A stretch of DNA of 63,990 bases, the filler included. It is 7 parts of 7 records of this genome, joined end to end, with 100 filler letters (N's around TTAATTAATTAA, not from the genome) between each part and the next. Parts side by side here need not be neighbours in the genome. Positions count along the whole stretch, not along the records: positions 30,389 to 47,807 come from SRR20825010_1441; positions 47,908 to 56,153 come from SRR20825010_1459; 5 more parts are not named here. One strand, 5' to 3'. Positions 39,501-49,870 of this stretch are shown here, piece by piece (position 1 is the first letter of the stretch; each line of letters begins with the position of its first letter). A program made the translations under genes and the position numbers. Below the pieces are notes generated by a model. It was not told the DNA's origin and did no database searches. It was given only the letters and a program-made list of their open reading frames with translations.

Positions 39501-40706
39501 ATGGGAAACAGCAATCTGGACACGGATTTCTACGAAAGCGAAGACCCGATCTGGAACCCGGCCTTGCTGACCATTCCGGTGCCGGGCATCCGCCGCATGG
39601 TGAATCTGGCTGCGGATCTGGACGATGTCATTCACCTGTCCATCGGCCAGCCGGACTTCAAGCCGCCGGAACACGTCATTCAGGCTGGGGTGGATGCGCT
39701 CTACGCCGGCCAGACCGGTTACACCATGGATGCCGGTTTGCCGGAACTGCTGGAATCATTGGCGGAGTATTACAGCAAGCGCTACCAACGCACCCTCGTG
39801 CCGGAAAACTTCATGGTGACCACCGGTGCCACCGAAGCCCTGTATCTGGCGCTAACAGCGACCTCGGCGCCCGGCCGGGAGTTCATCGTGCCGGACCCGT
39901 CTTTCATGCTTTACGGGCCGCTGATTCGCATGAATGGCGGCATTGTGCGCAGCATTGCCACCCGCGCAGAGAACAATCATCAACTGGATCCCCAGGAAGT
40001 GATTGATGCCATGGGGCCAAACACCTTTGCGGTGATCCTTAACTCGCCCAGCAACCCCACGGGCACCATTTACCCACGGGAGACCATCGAGGCAATCGTC
40101 GAGGAGGCAGCCTACCGCGGCATCCATGTGATCAGCGACGAGGTCTATGACCACCTGATCTACGACGGAAAACATTACCCCAGCGTACTGTCCAGCTGCC
40201 CGGATCTGGACCACGTCATGGTGATCAGCAGCTTCTCGAAAACCTTCTCCATGGCCGGCATGCGTGTCGGCTGGCTAATTGGTAGCCAAGGGGCCATCAA
40301 AAAACTGCGGCGCTACCACATGTTCACCACCACGGTCGCCAATACGCCCTGCCAATGGGCCGGCGTAGCGGCGCTGCGTGGCAGCAATCAGTTTATCGAT
40401 AACATGGTGGAAGAATATCAACGCCGACGGGACCGGCTGGTGGAATTGGTGGAACAGACGCCTCACCTCACCGGCTACAAACCGGACGGCGCTTTCTATC
40501 TGTTTCCCTCATTACCGGAAGGTGTCGACGGGGCTAACGTGGCCCTGAAACTGTTACGCGAAACCGGCGTCTGCACCATTTCCGGCGATACCTTTGGGGA
40601 CGCCGGGCGCAATGCCCTGCGTATCAGCTACTCCACCTCGCTGGATCAGATCGAAGAAGCCTTCAAACGGATCATTCCCTGGATGGAGAAACAAAACTTC
40701 AGTTAA
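39501..40706 (+). CDS. Class I/II PLP-dependent aminotransferase
   Basis: LSIGQPDF, NSPSNPTG, SDEVY, SFSKTFSMAGMRVG. Confidence 0.92.
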   Translation: MGNSNLDTDFYESEDPIWNPALLTIPVPGIRRMVNLAADLDDVIHLSIGQPDFKPPEHVIQAGVDALYAGQTGYTMDAGLPELLESLAEYYSKRYQRTLVPENFMVTTGATEALYLALTATSAPGREFIVPDPSFMLYGPLIRMNGGIVRSIATRAENNHQLDPQEVIDAMGPNTFAVILNSPSNPTGTIYPRETIEAIVEEAAYRGIHVISDEVYDHLIYDGKHYPSVLSSCPDLDHVMVISSFSKTFSMAGMRVGWLIGSQGAIKKLRRYHMFTTTVANTPCQWAGVAALRGSNQFIDNMVEEYQRRRDRLVELVEQTPHLTGYKPDGAFYLFPSLPEGVDGANVALKLLRETGVCTISGDTFGDAGRNALRISYSTSLDQIEEAFKRIIPWMEKQNFS

Positions 40707-40717
40707 GAATAGCCACT

Positions 40718-40762
40718 AAAAAAGCAGGCCGGCTTGGGCGTATCAGCACCCAACCGGCCCGC
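40718..40762 (-). terminator. Hairpin between convergent genes; T tract on the minus strand
   Basis: AAAAAA-GCAGGCCGGCTTGGG...CCCAACCGGCCCGC. Confidence 0.55.
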
Positions 40763-40827
40763 GATCGTCCTGAGTCCAATGCCGGATTACGACTACACCT
40801 GATTCGGCCCCATACCGGCTTTTTCGA

Positions 40828-41340
40828 TTACGGTTTCTGCGCATCTTTTTGTGCATCTGCCTGGGCCAGTTCCGCTTCCATATCGGAAAACATCTGCTGC
40901 AGGGACGGCATCACATGCTGCATCTGACGCTGGGAAATCTGTACCGATTCAGCCATTACCTGGGGCATTTTTTTCATGATCGCCCGCCCACTTTTCGACT
41001 GATAAAACTCGGCCATGTCCCGCAGCTCCTGCAGGGAAAAGGTACGCTGATAAATCGCCAGCATCTGCTCTTCCATGGCGCCCCAGTCCAACCCCTCCTC
41101 AAGAATGGTCTGCACCCGTGCGGTATAGCGCTCCATCATGGCCGTGTTATCAGCCGGGATGGTCTGCGTCAGAGCCTGATCGGTCATGCCTTCAATCTGT
41201 CGCCGGGCCTCACTGAAAATGGCTTTGGCATTACTGGCTTCCAGCACCTCTTTGGCGGCAGCCGTCTTGTCCGCCTGTTCCGATGCCTGTGCGGTTACCG
41301 ACAGGAAAGACAGCAACAGTACGATCAGTATTTTTTTCAT
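40828..41340 (-). CDS. DUF2059 domain exported protein
   Basis: Signal peptide; IYQRTFSLQELRDMAEFYQSKSGRAIMKKMP motif. Confidence 0.85.
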   Translation of the reverse strand: MKKILIVLLLSFLSVTAQASEQADKTAAAKEVLEASNAKAIFSEARRQIEGMTDQALTQTIPADNTAMMERYTARVQTILEEGLDWGAMEEQMLAIYQRTFSLQELRDMAEFYQSKSGRAIMKKMPQVMAESVQISQRQMQHVMPSLQQMFSDMEAELAQADAQKDAQKP

Positions 41341-41385
41341 GATTATCTCCAACATTGCGGTGCCAACACCGCCAGCCTGAAAAGC

Positions 41386-41414
41386 AAAAAGGCCGTGACG
41401 AATCACGGCCTTTT
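41386..41414 (-). terminator. Intrinsic terminator after secF
   Basis: AAAAAGGCCGTGA-CGAA-TCACGGCCTTTT. Confidence 0.85.
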
Positions 41415-41449
41415 ACTATCAATTAACCACCATCAATGATCAATTGCCG

Positions 41450-42373
41450 TTATGGCATTTCATCCACTTCTTCCGGTTCCGGAACCATGAAGTCTTCCTT
41501 GCTGACCTTCATCATGAAGAGAATATTACTGACCACATAAATCGATGAGTAGGTACCCACTGCAACCCCTACCAGCAAAGCCTCCGAGAAGGAACGCATG
41601 ACTTCTCCACCAAAGAAGTACAACGCCACTAATACCAGCAAAGTAGTCACAGAAGTGTTGATGGTCCGGGTAAAGGTCTGGTTCACCGCGCCATTGATAA
41701 TCGCGACCGGATCGGTCTGTCGGGTACTGCGGAAATCTTCCCGAATCCGGTCAGCCACCACGATAGAGTCGTTAAGCGAGTAACCGATCAGCGCCAGCAC
41801 CGCCGCCAGCACCGTCAGATCGAAAGGCCACTGAATCAGCGCAAACAGCCCCAACACGATGATCACATCGTGAAACAGTGCGAGCACGGTCGCCACGCCA
41901 AACTTGTTGGAGAACCGAAACCACACGTACAGCATCATCAGGCCAAGGGCCAGCAACATGGCGGTGCCGGATTCATCGCGGAGTTCGTCACCCACCTGGG
42001 GGCCAACAAATTCCACTTTCAGCAGTTCCAGATCCGCATTGTGCTCTTTAAGCACATTGAAGACGTTCTGGCCGACCTTGTCCGCATCCGCATCGTCCTT
42101 GGGGGCCACACGGATATTCACTTCCTTGGGCGAACCGTAATGTTGCACAACGGCATCACCGAAACCCGCCTCAGTAAGATCATCGCGCGCCTGAGACAAC
42201 TCCACATCCACCGGACTTTTCACCACCACGGTAGTGCCCCCGGTGAAGTCCAGCCCCAGGTTAAGCCCCCGGGTCAGCAGCAGCGCCACGGAAATAACCA
42301 CTAGCGCCAGCGACAGGATACCCAGCGGTTTGCGGGCGGCCATAAAATTGATGTTCATGGGTGCTTTGCTCAT
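41450..42373 (-). CDS. secF: Protein translocase subunit SecF
   Basis: LGLDFTGG, FVGPQVG, GYSLNDSIVVADRIRE, GTYSSIY. Confidence 0.96.
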   Translation of the reverse strand: MSKAPMNINFMAARKPLGILSLALVVISVALLLTRGLNLGLDFTGGTTVVVKSPVDVELSQARDDLTEAGFGDAVVQHYGSPKEVNIRVAPKDDADADKVGQNVFNVLKEHNADLELLKVEFVGPQVGDELRDESGTAMLLALGLMMLYVWFRFSNKFGVATVLALFHDVIIVLGLFALIQWPFDLTVLAAVLALIGYSLNDSIVVADRIREDFRSTRQTDPVAIINGAVNQTFTRTINTSVTTLLVLVALYFFGGEVMRSFSEALLVGVAVGTYSSIYVVSNILFMMKVSKEDFMVPEPEEVDEMP

Positions 42374-42380
42374 AACCGCC

Positions 42381-44261
42381 TCAGATGCTCAGTTTGCTCG
42401 GGGCGCGGGCGCCTCGACCGTAAATCATTTCTGCCATGGCACGGGTACCGATAATCGCCGTGAACATGGAGGTGAGGATGCCAATGAACAATGTAACCGC
42501 AAAACCCTGCACCGAACCGGTACCCGCGGCGAACAGAATCACCGCCACAATCAGGGTGGTAATGTTGGCATCGAGAATGGTGGTAAATGCGCGAGCGTAG
42601 CCTTCTTCAATGGCCTGGCGCGGACTGAGCCCTCGGCGCAAATCTTCACGAATACGTTCGAAGATCAGCACATTGGCATCCACCGCCATGCCCACGGTCA
42701 GCACGATCCCCGCAATACCCGGCAAGGTCATGGTGGCACCGGGGATCAACGACATGACGCCGACGATGATCACCAGGTTGCCAAGCAATGCCACATTGGC
42801 AATCAGGCCAAACACCTTGTACCAGACGATCATGAAGACCAGCACTAACGCCAGGCCCAGCGCCATGGACTTGAGACCGGCCTCAATGTTTTCCGCCCCC
42901 AGGCTCGGGCCCACGGTGCGCTCTTCCACAATACTCACTGGCGCAGCCAGAGAGCCCGCCCGCAGCAGCAAGGCCAGCTCGGAGGCTTCCGCCGGATTAT
43001 CCAGCCCGGTAATCCGGAAACGGCTACCCAGAGTGCTCTGGATAGTCGCCACATTGATCACGTACTTGTCCGTACTGCTGGTCATCTGATCAACGCTATT
43101 GCCGTCTTCATCGATAACCTTTTTCACGTCAGTCTTGGTTTCGATGAACAGCACGCCCATGGGATTACCCACGTTCTTGCCGGTAACACGCTGCATGCGG
43201 CGCGCGCCATCTGAATCCAGCGTCACGTTTACTTCCGGCTGACCATTCTGCTGATCAAAGCCCATCTTGGCATCGATCACCTGATCACCGGTGGCAATGC
43301 TGGATTTATTCAACGCAACGATACGGCCCTCTTGTCCCTTGAACGGGAAGAACTCCAGACCGGGAGGCGCCATGCCGGAACGCAGGCGGGCAGAAGACAC
43401 ACTGTTGTCTACCAGACGGAACTCCAGGGTCGCGGTGCGGCCCAGAATCCGGCGGGCGGTGGCCGCATCCTGAATCCCCGGCAGCTGCACCACGATACGG
43501 TCAGCCCCCTGACGCTGCACCACAGCTTCCGCCACACCCAGTTCGTTCACTCGCTTGTTCAGCGCGGTACGGTTCTGGTCCACGGCGTAATCCTGCATTT
43601 CCTTCAGGGCCGTTTCGTTTAGCGTCATGACAATTTTCGGGCTATCACCGGCCGGCTGCATGGCCAGCTTGTCCAGCGCCTGACGCAACGGCGCACGGGC
43701 TGCGTCCGCAGCCACCTGGTCGCCAAAGGTGGCGGTCAGGGTGGTGCCATCCACAGACACCGCGCGGTAACGCACACCCGCATCACGCAAGGTCAACTTT
43801 GCGGTGCCTTCCCAGGCTTCCATGCGGCTCTTCACCACCGAATCCATGTCGACCTGCAGCAGGAAATGTACCCCGCCACGCAGATCCAGACCCAGATTCA
43901 TGGGACTCGCACCGATATCCCGCAACCACTGGGGCGTGGTCGCCGCCAGGTTAAGGGCCACCACATAATTATCGCCCAGCGTCGCCGCAGCAATATCCTT
44001 GGCACGCAACTGAGCTTCCGTATCGCCCATACGCACCAGCAGTGAGCTCCCCACGATTTCGCCGTCACCGTGGCTCAGGCCAGCATCATCCAGGGCGCCA
44101 AGCACGCGCTGCCTGGCCACATCAGAGACTTCACCCCCCGCCTCGGAATGGCTGACCTGGATAGCAGGGGCATCCGGGTACAAATTGGGGAGCGCATAAA
44201 GGCCACAAACAACGAGGGCAGCCAAAAGCAGGAAAAATTTCCAGCGTGGATAGCGGGTCAT
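42381..44261 (-). CDS. secD: Protein translocase subunit SecD
   Basis: LGLDLRGGVHF, RVNELGVAE, ERTVGPSLG, GMAVDANVLIFERIRE; start at MTRYPRW. Confidence 0.96.
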   Translation of the reverse strand: MTRYPRWKFFLLLAALVVCGLYALPNLYPDAPAIQVSHSEAGGEVSDVARQRVLGALDDAGLSHGDGEIVGSSLLVRMGDTEAQLRAKDIAAATLGDNYVVALNLAATTPQWLRDIGASPMNLGLDLRGGVHFLLQVDMDSVVKSRMEAWEGTAKLTLRDAGVRYRAVSVDGTTLTATFGDQVAADAARAPLRQALDKLAMQPAGDSPKIVMTLNETALKEMQDYAVDQNRTALNKRVNELGVAEAVVQRQGADRIVVQLPGIQDAATARRILGRTATLEFRLVDNSVSSARLRSGMAPPGLEFFPFKGQEGRIVALNKSSIATGDQVIDAKMGFDQQNGQPEVNVTLDSDGARRMQRVTGKNVGNPMGVLFIETKTDVKKVIDEDGNSVDQMTSSTDKYVINVATIQSTLGSRFRITGLDNPAEASELALLLRAGSLAAPVSIVEERTVGPSLGAENIEAGLKSMALGLALVLVFMIVWYKVFGLIANVALLGNLVIIVGVMSLIPGATMTLPGIAGIVLTVGMAVDANVLIFERIREDLRRGLSPRQAIEEGYARAFTTILDANITTLIVAVILFAAGTGSVQGFAVTLFIGILTSMFTAIIGTRAMAEMIYGRGARAPSKLSI

Positions 44262-44388
44262 AGTTCTTTCCGGTAGTGCCGGTTTTTTAATAGTGCGACA
44301 GTGCGTCGAGCGCCGAAAAAAGGCGGCCGGCATGCACGATTAATCAACCGCTCGATACATTGGGTTTTGCTGGCGTTACCGCCACAGC

Positions 44389-44412
44389 AAAAGCCCCGCT
44401 CTAGACGGGGCT
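44389..44412 (-). terminator. Intrinsic terminator after yajC
   Basis: Minus strand AGCCCCG-TCTAGAG-CGGGGCT-TTT. Confidence 0.7.
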
Positions 44413-44421
44413 GCTATTCTT

Positions 44422-44784
44422 TTAGATGGACTTGATGGTGCCTTTGGGCAGAGTGGCCTGGACGCTGCTTTTCTGCAGTTTGATTTCCAGGTTGTTGCTG
44501 ATTTCCACCACCACAAAGTCATCAGTCACTTTCGCCACCTTACCCAGAATGCCACCGCTGGTGACCACTTCATCACCCTTGCTCAGGCTCTGGACTAGGT
44601 TTTTGTGTTCCTTGGCACGCTTCTGCTGCGGGCGAATCAGGAAGAAATAGAAAACCACCATCATCACCACCAGCATGATCAGCTCTACACCGCCCGGACC
44701 GGCAGGGGCAGCGGGGGCTGCAAACGCCGGAGAAACCATGGCAGAGGCCAACAGGGCCAGCAGGGAACGCATTGCGATGTTCAT
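44422..44784 (-). CDS. yajC: Preprotein translocase subunit YajC
   Basis: FYFFLIRPQQKRAKEH, GDEVVTSGG, LPKGTIKSI. Confidence 0.95.
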   Translation of the reverse strand: MNIAMRSLLALLASAMVSPAFAAPAAPAGPGGVELIMLVVMMVVFYFFLIRPQQKRAKEHKNLVQSLSKGDEVVTSGGILGKVAKVTDDFVVVEISNNLEIKLQKSSVQATLPKGTIKSI

Positions 44785-44807
44785 TGAATACTCCAATCGA
44801 TAGATAG

Positions 44808-46044
<1,237 letters not shown>

Positions 46045-47173
46045 TCCTTCAATAAACATGGCATCGCCGTAGCTGAAAAAACGGTACTGGGCCTCAATGG
46101 CCGCCTGATAGGCGTTCATCACCCGATCACGGCCCGCAAAGGCACTGATCAACATCAGCAGCGTCGATTTTGGCAGGTGGAAGTTGGTCACGAGAGCATC
46201 CACCAGCCGGAACCGGTAACCCGGATAGATAAAGATATCCGTCTCGCCCTGCCCGGTTTGCAAACCACCAGACTGGCTGGCCGCTTCCAGCGCCCGCAGC
46301 GCGGTCGTTCCAACCGCCACCACCCGGCCACCCCGGGCATGGGCCTGGGCCACCTGTTCAACCAGGGAGTCAGGTATCTGGTAGCGCTCACTGTGCATGT
46401 GATGGTCTTCCACCTTGTCCACGCGCACCGGCTGGAACGTCCCTGCTCCTACATGGAGGGTGACAAAACCGATATCAACCCCGTGCTGCTCCAGGGCCGC
46501 CAGCATCGCATCGTCAAAATGCAGGCCGGCGGTCGGGGCCGCCACAGCGCCGGGTTCGCGGGCATAGACCGTTTGGTAGCGCTCCATATCACCATCCTCA
46601 TCCGGGCGGTCGATATACGGCGGCAACGGCACATGGCCGATTTTCTCCAGGGCCGCCAGCAGAGTGTCGCAACCTTGGCCCGGCAGCGAGAACTGCAAGA
46701 CAAACAGGGCGCCACGGCGCCCCGTTACCTGGGCACGAATACCCTCATCAAATTCCAGCCAACTTCCCGGTTTCGGTGACTTTGAGGCGCGCACGTGGGC
46801 GAGCGCCTCGTGGTCATCCACCACCCGCTCGATCAGCACCTCAACCTTGCCACCGCTTTCCTTCTGGCCAAACAGCCGGGCAGGAATGACGCGGGTATCG
46901 TTGAAGATCAGCAAATCACCGGGATGCACATGGGAAAGCAGATCAGGAAACTGCTGATGCAGCAGCGCATCGCGGGTAAGCGCCAACAGACGCGCATCAC
47001 GGCGCTCGGCAGGCGGATGGCGGGCAATCAACCCGTCGGGGAGCTCAAAATCAAAATCGTCGACGTTCACGTACTGTACCGGCACGGAAGTTCAAGGGGC
47101 GCCAAGGATACCTGCTAAACCCCCTCACACCAAGCGGTCTACGTCGCCGGTACGCCAGGGAGTGAGGCGCGAT

Positions 47174-47647
47174 TCAGGGCGCCTTGGGTTTCTTCGACAG
47201 CTGCACCGTCGCCGTAGCGGACAGGCGATCGTGAAGCGTTTGATGCGGCGCGATCAGCACCACCAGATAGCCGGCCCCGAACAGGCCCCAGGACACGCAG
47301 GCACCCAGGAAGCGAGCCAGGGTCTGCCAGAGCCTAACCGGCCCACCGCGATAATCCCGCACCTGCAACCGCCAGGCACGCATGCCAAGGGTCTGGCCGC
47401 CACGCATCCAGAACCAGGCGTAGAACAACCAGGTTTCCACCAGCAACAGCGGCAGCAGAATCCCCTTCAGGTAATCCGGCGCAGCACGGGTGACGCCATT
47501 AATATCTTCCATCGGCAACCCGGTTTTGGGGTAGACCAGCACAAAGATACCCGTAGTCACAAACCACAAGGCGAGTACCAGAAAGCCATCATAGACCAGC
47601 GCCATCAAGCGCTTAAGCAAACCGGCGGGCGGGGCATATTCGGTCAT
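47174..47647 (-). CDS. RDD family membrane protein
   Basis: KRLMALVYD, GQTLGMRAWRL, LHDRLSAT. Confidence 0.88.
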   Translation of the reverse strand: MTEYAPPAGLLKRLMALVYDGFLVLALWFVTTGIFVLVYPKTGLPMEDINGVTRAAPDYLKGILLPLLLVETWLFYAWFWMRGGQTLGMRAWRLQVRDYRGGPVRLWQTLARFLGACVSWGLFGAGYLVVLIAPHQTLHDRLSATATVQLSKKPKAP

Positions 47648-47703
47648 GATCACTTTCCTGGACAGACGAGTTGAGCTATCGGGAGCCCGGAGACGCCCGA
47701 CAT

Positions 47704-47732
47704 AAAAAAGCCCGCTGGAAGCGGGCTCTTTT
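47704..47732 (-). terminator. Intrinsic terminator after tRNA-Leu
   Basis: AAAAAAGCCCGCT-GGA-AGCGGGCT. Confidence 0.8.
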
Positions 47733-47738
47733 ATTGTT

Positions 47739-47807
47739 TGGTACCAGAGGCCGGACTTGAACCGGCACGCCCGTGAAGGCAACGGATTTTGAATCCGTCG
47801 TGTCTAC
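47739..47807 (-). tRNA. tRNA-Leu(CAA), 5' end truncated by contig end
   Basis: Reverse complement reads GTAGACACG-ACGGA-TTCAAAA-TCCGT, long variable arm, GCCGGTTCAAGTCCGGC T-arm, and ends in encoded CCA. Confidence 0.93.
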
Positions 47808-47907
47808 NNNNNNNNNNNNNNNNNNNNNNNNNNNNNNNNNNNNNNNNNNNNTTAATTAATTAANNNNNNNNNNNNNNNNNNNNNNNNNNNNNNNNNNNNN
47901 NNNNNNN
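47808..47907. other. Artificial contig spacer
   Basis: 44 N + TTAATTAATTAA + 44 N. Confidence 0.98.
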
Positions 47908-48870
47908 ATTGTCACCGGTGCCCCTTACATGCATGAGTTTCTGGTCATGCCCTGCCGTACCCATACACCGGAAGATGCCGACTTTGCTGTGGCCTGTGCC
48001 GTGCCCGTGGATGCGCCGGGGATCACCATTGTGGCCCGGCCTGCCGGCCGGCCCGGTGAGAGCGCTGCAAAATTTTCGGCCAAATATGGCCAGTCGACCG
48101 GTGTGGTTGTTTTTGACAAGGTTTTTGTGCCCCACGAGCGGGTATTTCTCGCGGGTGAATACGAGGAGGGCGGTTTCCTGACCACCAGCTATGCCACCCA
48201 CCACCGCCACTCCTGTATCGGTGCCCGGGCGGGGTTTGGCGATTTGTTGATCGGTGCCGGTGCGCTGATTACCGAGGCCAATGGTCTGGATCCGGATCGC
48301 CACAGTCATATTCGCGACGCCATGGTAGAGCTAATCACCATCACGGAAAGTTTTTTTGCCTGTGGCGTGGCTGCTTCGGTTTACTGCGTGCAGGATCCCG
48401 CAGGGGTGGCGATGCCGGACCCGGTCTTTTCCAATATCGGCAAGCTGCTGCTCGCCACCAAGATTTATGACATGCACAAGCTGGCGCACTATGTGTCCGG
48501 TGGCTTGATTGTCTCCCTGCCCGGCCCCGATGAGGATCACAATCCAGAAACCGCCGCATCGCTGGCCGCCGTCCTCGGTGGGCGACCGGATATTCCCGCC
48601 GCACAGCGTCTCGAAGTGGCCCGGTTTATCGAGGACCTGACGGCCTCCCATCAGGGCGGCTGGTACTCGGTCATCTCGCTGCATGGCGGCGGTTCGCCGG
48701 AGGCCATGAAACGCGAAATCTGGCGCAACTATCCCGTCTATGAAAAGCAGGACCTGGTGGAGCGGCTGCTGGATCGCGGCGTACTCGATGAGGGGAAACG
48801 CGTCTCGAGACAGCCCGGTCGCTGCTGCGTCAAGGGCTGCGAAGTGCCCGAGCCGCCGAAGGAGAAATAG
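47908..48870 (+). CDS. 4-hydroxybutyryl-CoA dehydratase / 4-hydroxyphenylacetate 3-hydroxylase family protein, 5' truncated
   Basis: FAVACAVPVDAPGI, VVFDKVFVPHERVFLAGE, HHRHSC, GDLLIGA, HGGGSPEA. Confidence 0.82.
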   Translation: MVTGAPYMHEFLVMPCRTHTPEDADFAVACAVPVDAPGITIVARPAGRPGESAAKFSAKYGQSTGVVVFDKVFVPHERVFLAGEYEEGGFLTTSYATHHRHSCIGARAGFGDLLIGAGALITEANGLDPDRHSHIRDAMVELITITESFFACGVAASVYCVQDPAGVAMPDPVFSNIGKLLLATKIYDMHKLAHYVSGGLIVSLPGPDEDHNPETAASLAAVLGGRPDIPAAQRLEVARFIEDLTASHQGGWYSVISLHGGGSPEAMKREIWRNYPVYEKQDLVERLLDRGVLDEGKRVSRQPGRCCVKGCEVPEPPKEK

Positions 48871-48940
48871 CCCGCTCTTGCCGCGACAGAATCTTCCCGG
48901 GTCGCTGTGTATCAGATTGCGACGCCTGCTGTTCTGCGGC

Positions 48941-48976
48941 ATAGTAACTCGCGATTGAATAGTAACTCGCCATTGA
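48941..48976. repeat. 18-bp tandem duplication upstream of rpe
   Basis: ATAGTAACTCGCGATTGA followed by ATAGTAACTCGCCATTGA. Confidence 0.85.
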
Positions 48977-48995
48977 TCAGTACACAGGCCTTGCC

Positions 48996-49658
48996 ATGAC
49001 AGATTATCTGATAGCGCCATCCATCCTCTCGGCAGATTTTGCCCGACTGGGGGAGGAGGTAGACGCGGTTCTCGAAGCGGGTGCCGATGTTGTCCATTTT
49101 GACGTGATGGACAACCATTATGTGCCGAATCTGACTATTGGCCCCATGGTTTGCAAGGCGTTGCGCCGCTACGGTATCCGTGCCCCGATCGATGTGCACC
49201 TGATGGTGGAACCGGTGGATCAGCTGATCGGTGACTTCGCCGAGGCCGGCGCCAGTTGGATCACCTTTCATCCAGAGGCGTCAAAACATGTGGATCGCTC
49301 GCTGCAGTTGATTCGCGATGCCGGTTGCAAGGCCGGGTTGGTGCTGAACCCGGCTACCAGTCTGGAGCCGGTGAAGTATGTGCTCGACAAGGTGGATATA
49401 CTGTTGCTGATGTCGGTCAATCCGGGCTTTGGTGGCCAGAAATTTATTCCCGCGACACTGGGTAAATTGCGTGAGGCGCGCGCGCTGATTGAAGCCAGTG
49501 GTCGTGATATCCGGCTGGAAGTTGACGGTGGGGTGACGGTCGACAATATCCGGGCGGTTGCCGATGCCGGTGCCGATACCTTTGTCGCCGGTTCGGCTAT
49601 CTACGGTGCAGGGGATTATGCTGCGGCCATCGCCGCCATGCGGTCTGCATTGCGCTGA
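48996..49658 (+). CDS. rpe: Ribulose-phosphate 3-epimerase
   Basis: [56 protein letters not shown]. Confidence 0.97.
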   Translation: MTDYLIAPSILSADFARLGEEVDAVLEAGADVVHFDVMDNHYVPNLTIGPMVCKALRRYGIRAPIDVHLMVEPVDQLIGDFAEAGASWITFHPEASKHVDRSLQLIRDAGCKAGLVLNPATSLEPVKYVLDKVDILLLMSVNPGFGGQKFIPATLGKLREARALIEASGRDIRLEVDGGVTVDNIRAVADAGADTFVAGSAIYGAGDYAAAIAAMRSALR

Positions 49659-49679
49659 AACGCCGACGGCTTTGATGAC

Positions 49680-49708
49680 TTTGCAGGTTCTGGTGAATCC
49701 ATTAGAAT
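49680..49708 (+). promoter_or_regulatory. Probable sigma70 promoter for the leader-trpE unit
   Basis: TTTGCA(G), 16-17 nt spacer, TAGAAT at 49703-49708. Confidence 0.5.
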
Positions 49709-49734
49709 GCGTCGTCTGACTGTTGGAGGGATCC

Positions 49735-49800
49735 GTGGCATCCGGTAAAGGCCAATCCTGTAGTTCTGCTTACCTCAGCTGGCGATGGCGCAGTTGCTGA
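49735..49800 (+). CDS. trpE leader peptide (MASGKGQSCSSAYLSWRWRSC, 21 aa)
   Basis: GGAGGG RBS at 49725-49730, GTG start, TGG CGA TGG CGC near the end, 70 nt before trpE. Confidence 0.72.
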   Translation: MASGKGQSCSSAYLSWRWRSC

Positions 49801-49870
49801 ACCCCGCTGCCTGAAAAGCAGCATCCTATGCCCTATTGTCTGACATATCTGCGTCCAATGACGCAAGGGA

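Noticed and set aside
47739-47807. tRNA-Leu as an island integration site
   Set aside because: The 3' side is followed by a terminator and core genes; no integrase or duplicated 3' end is seen.
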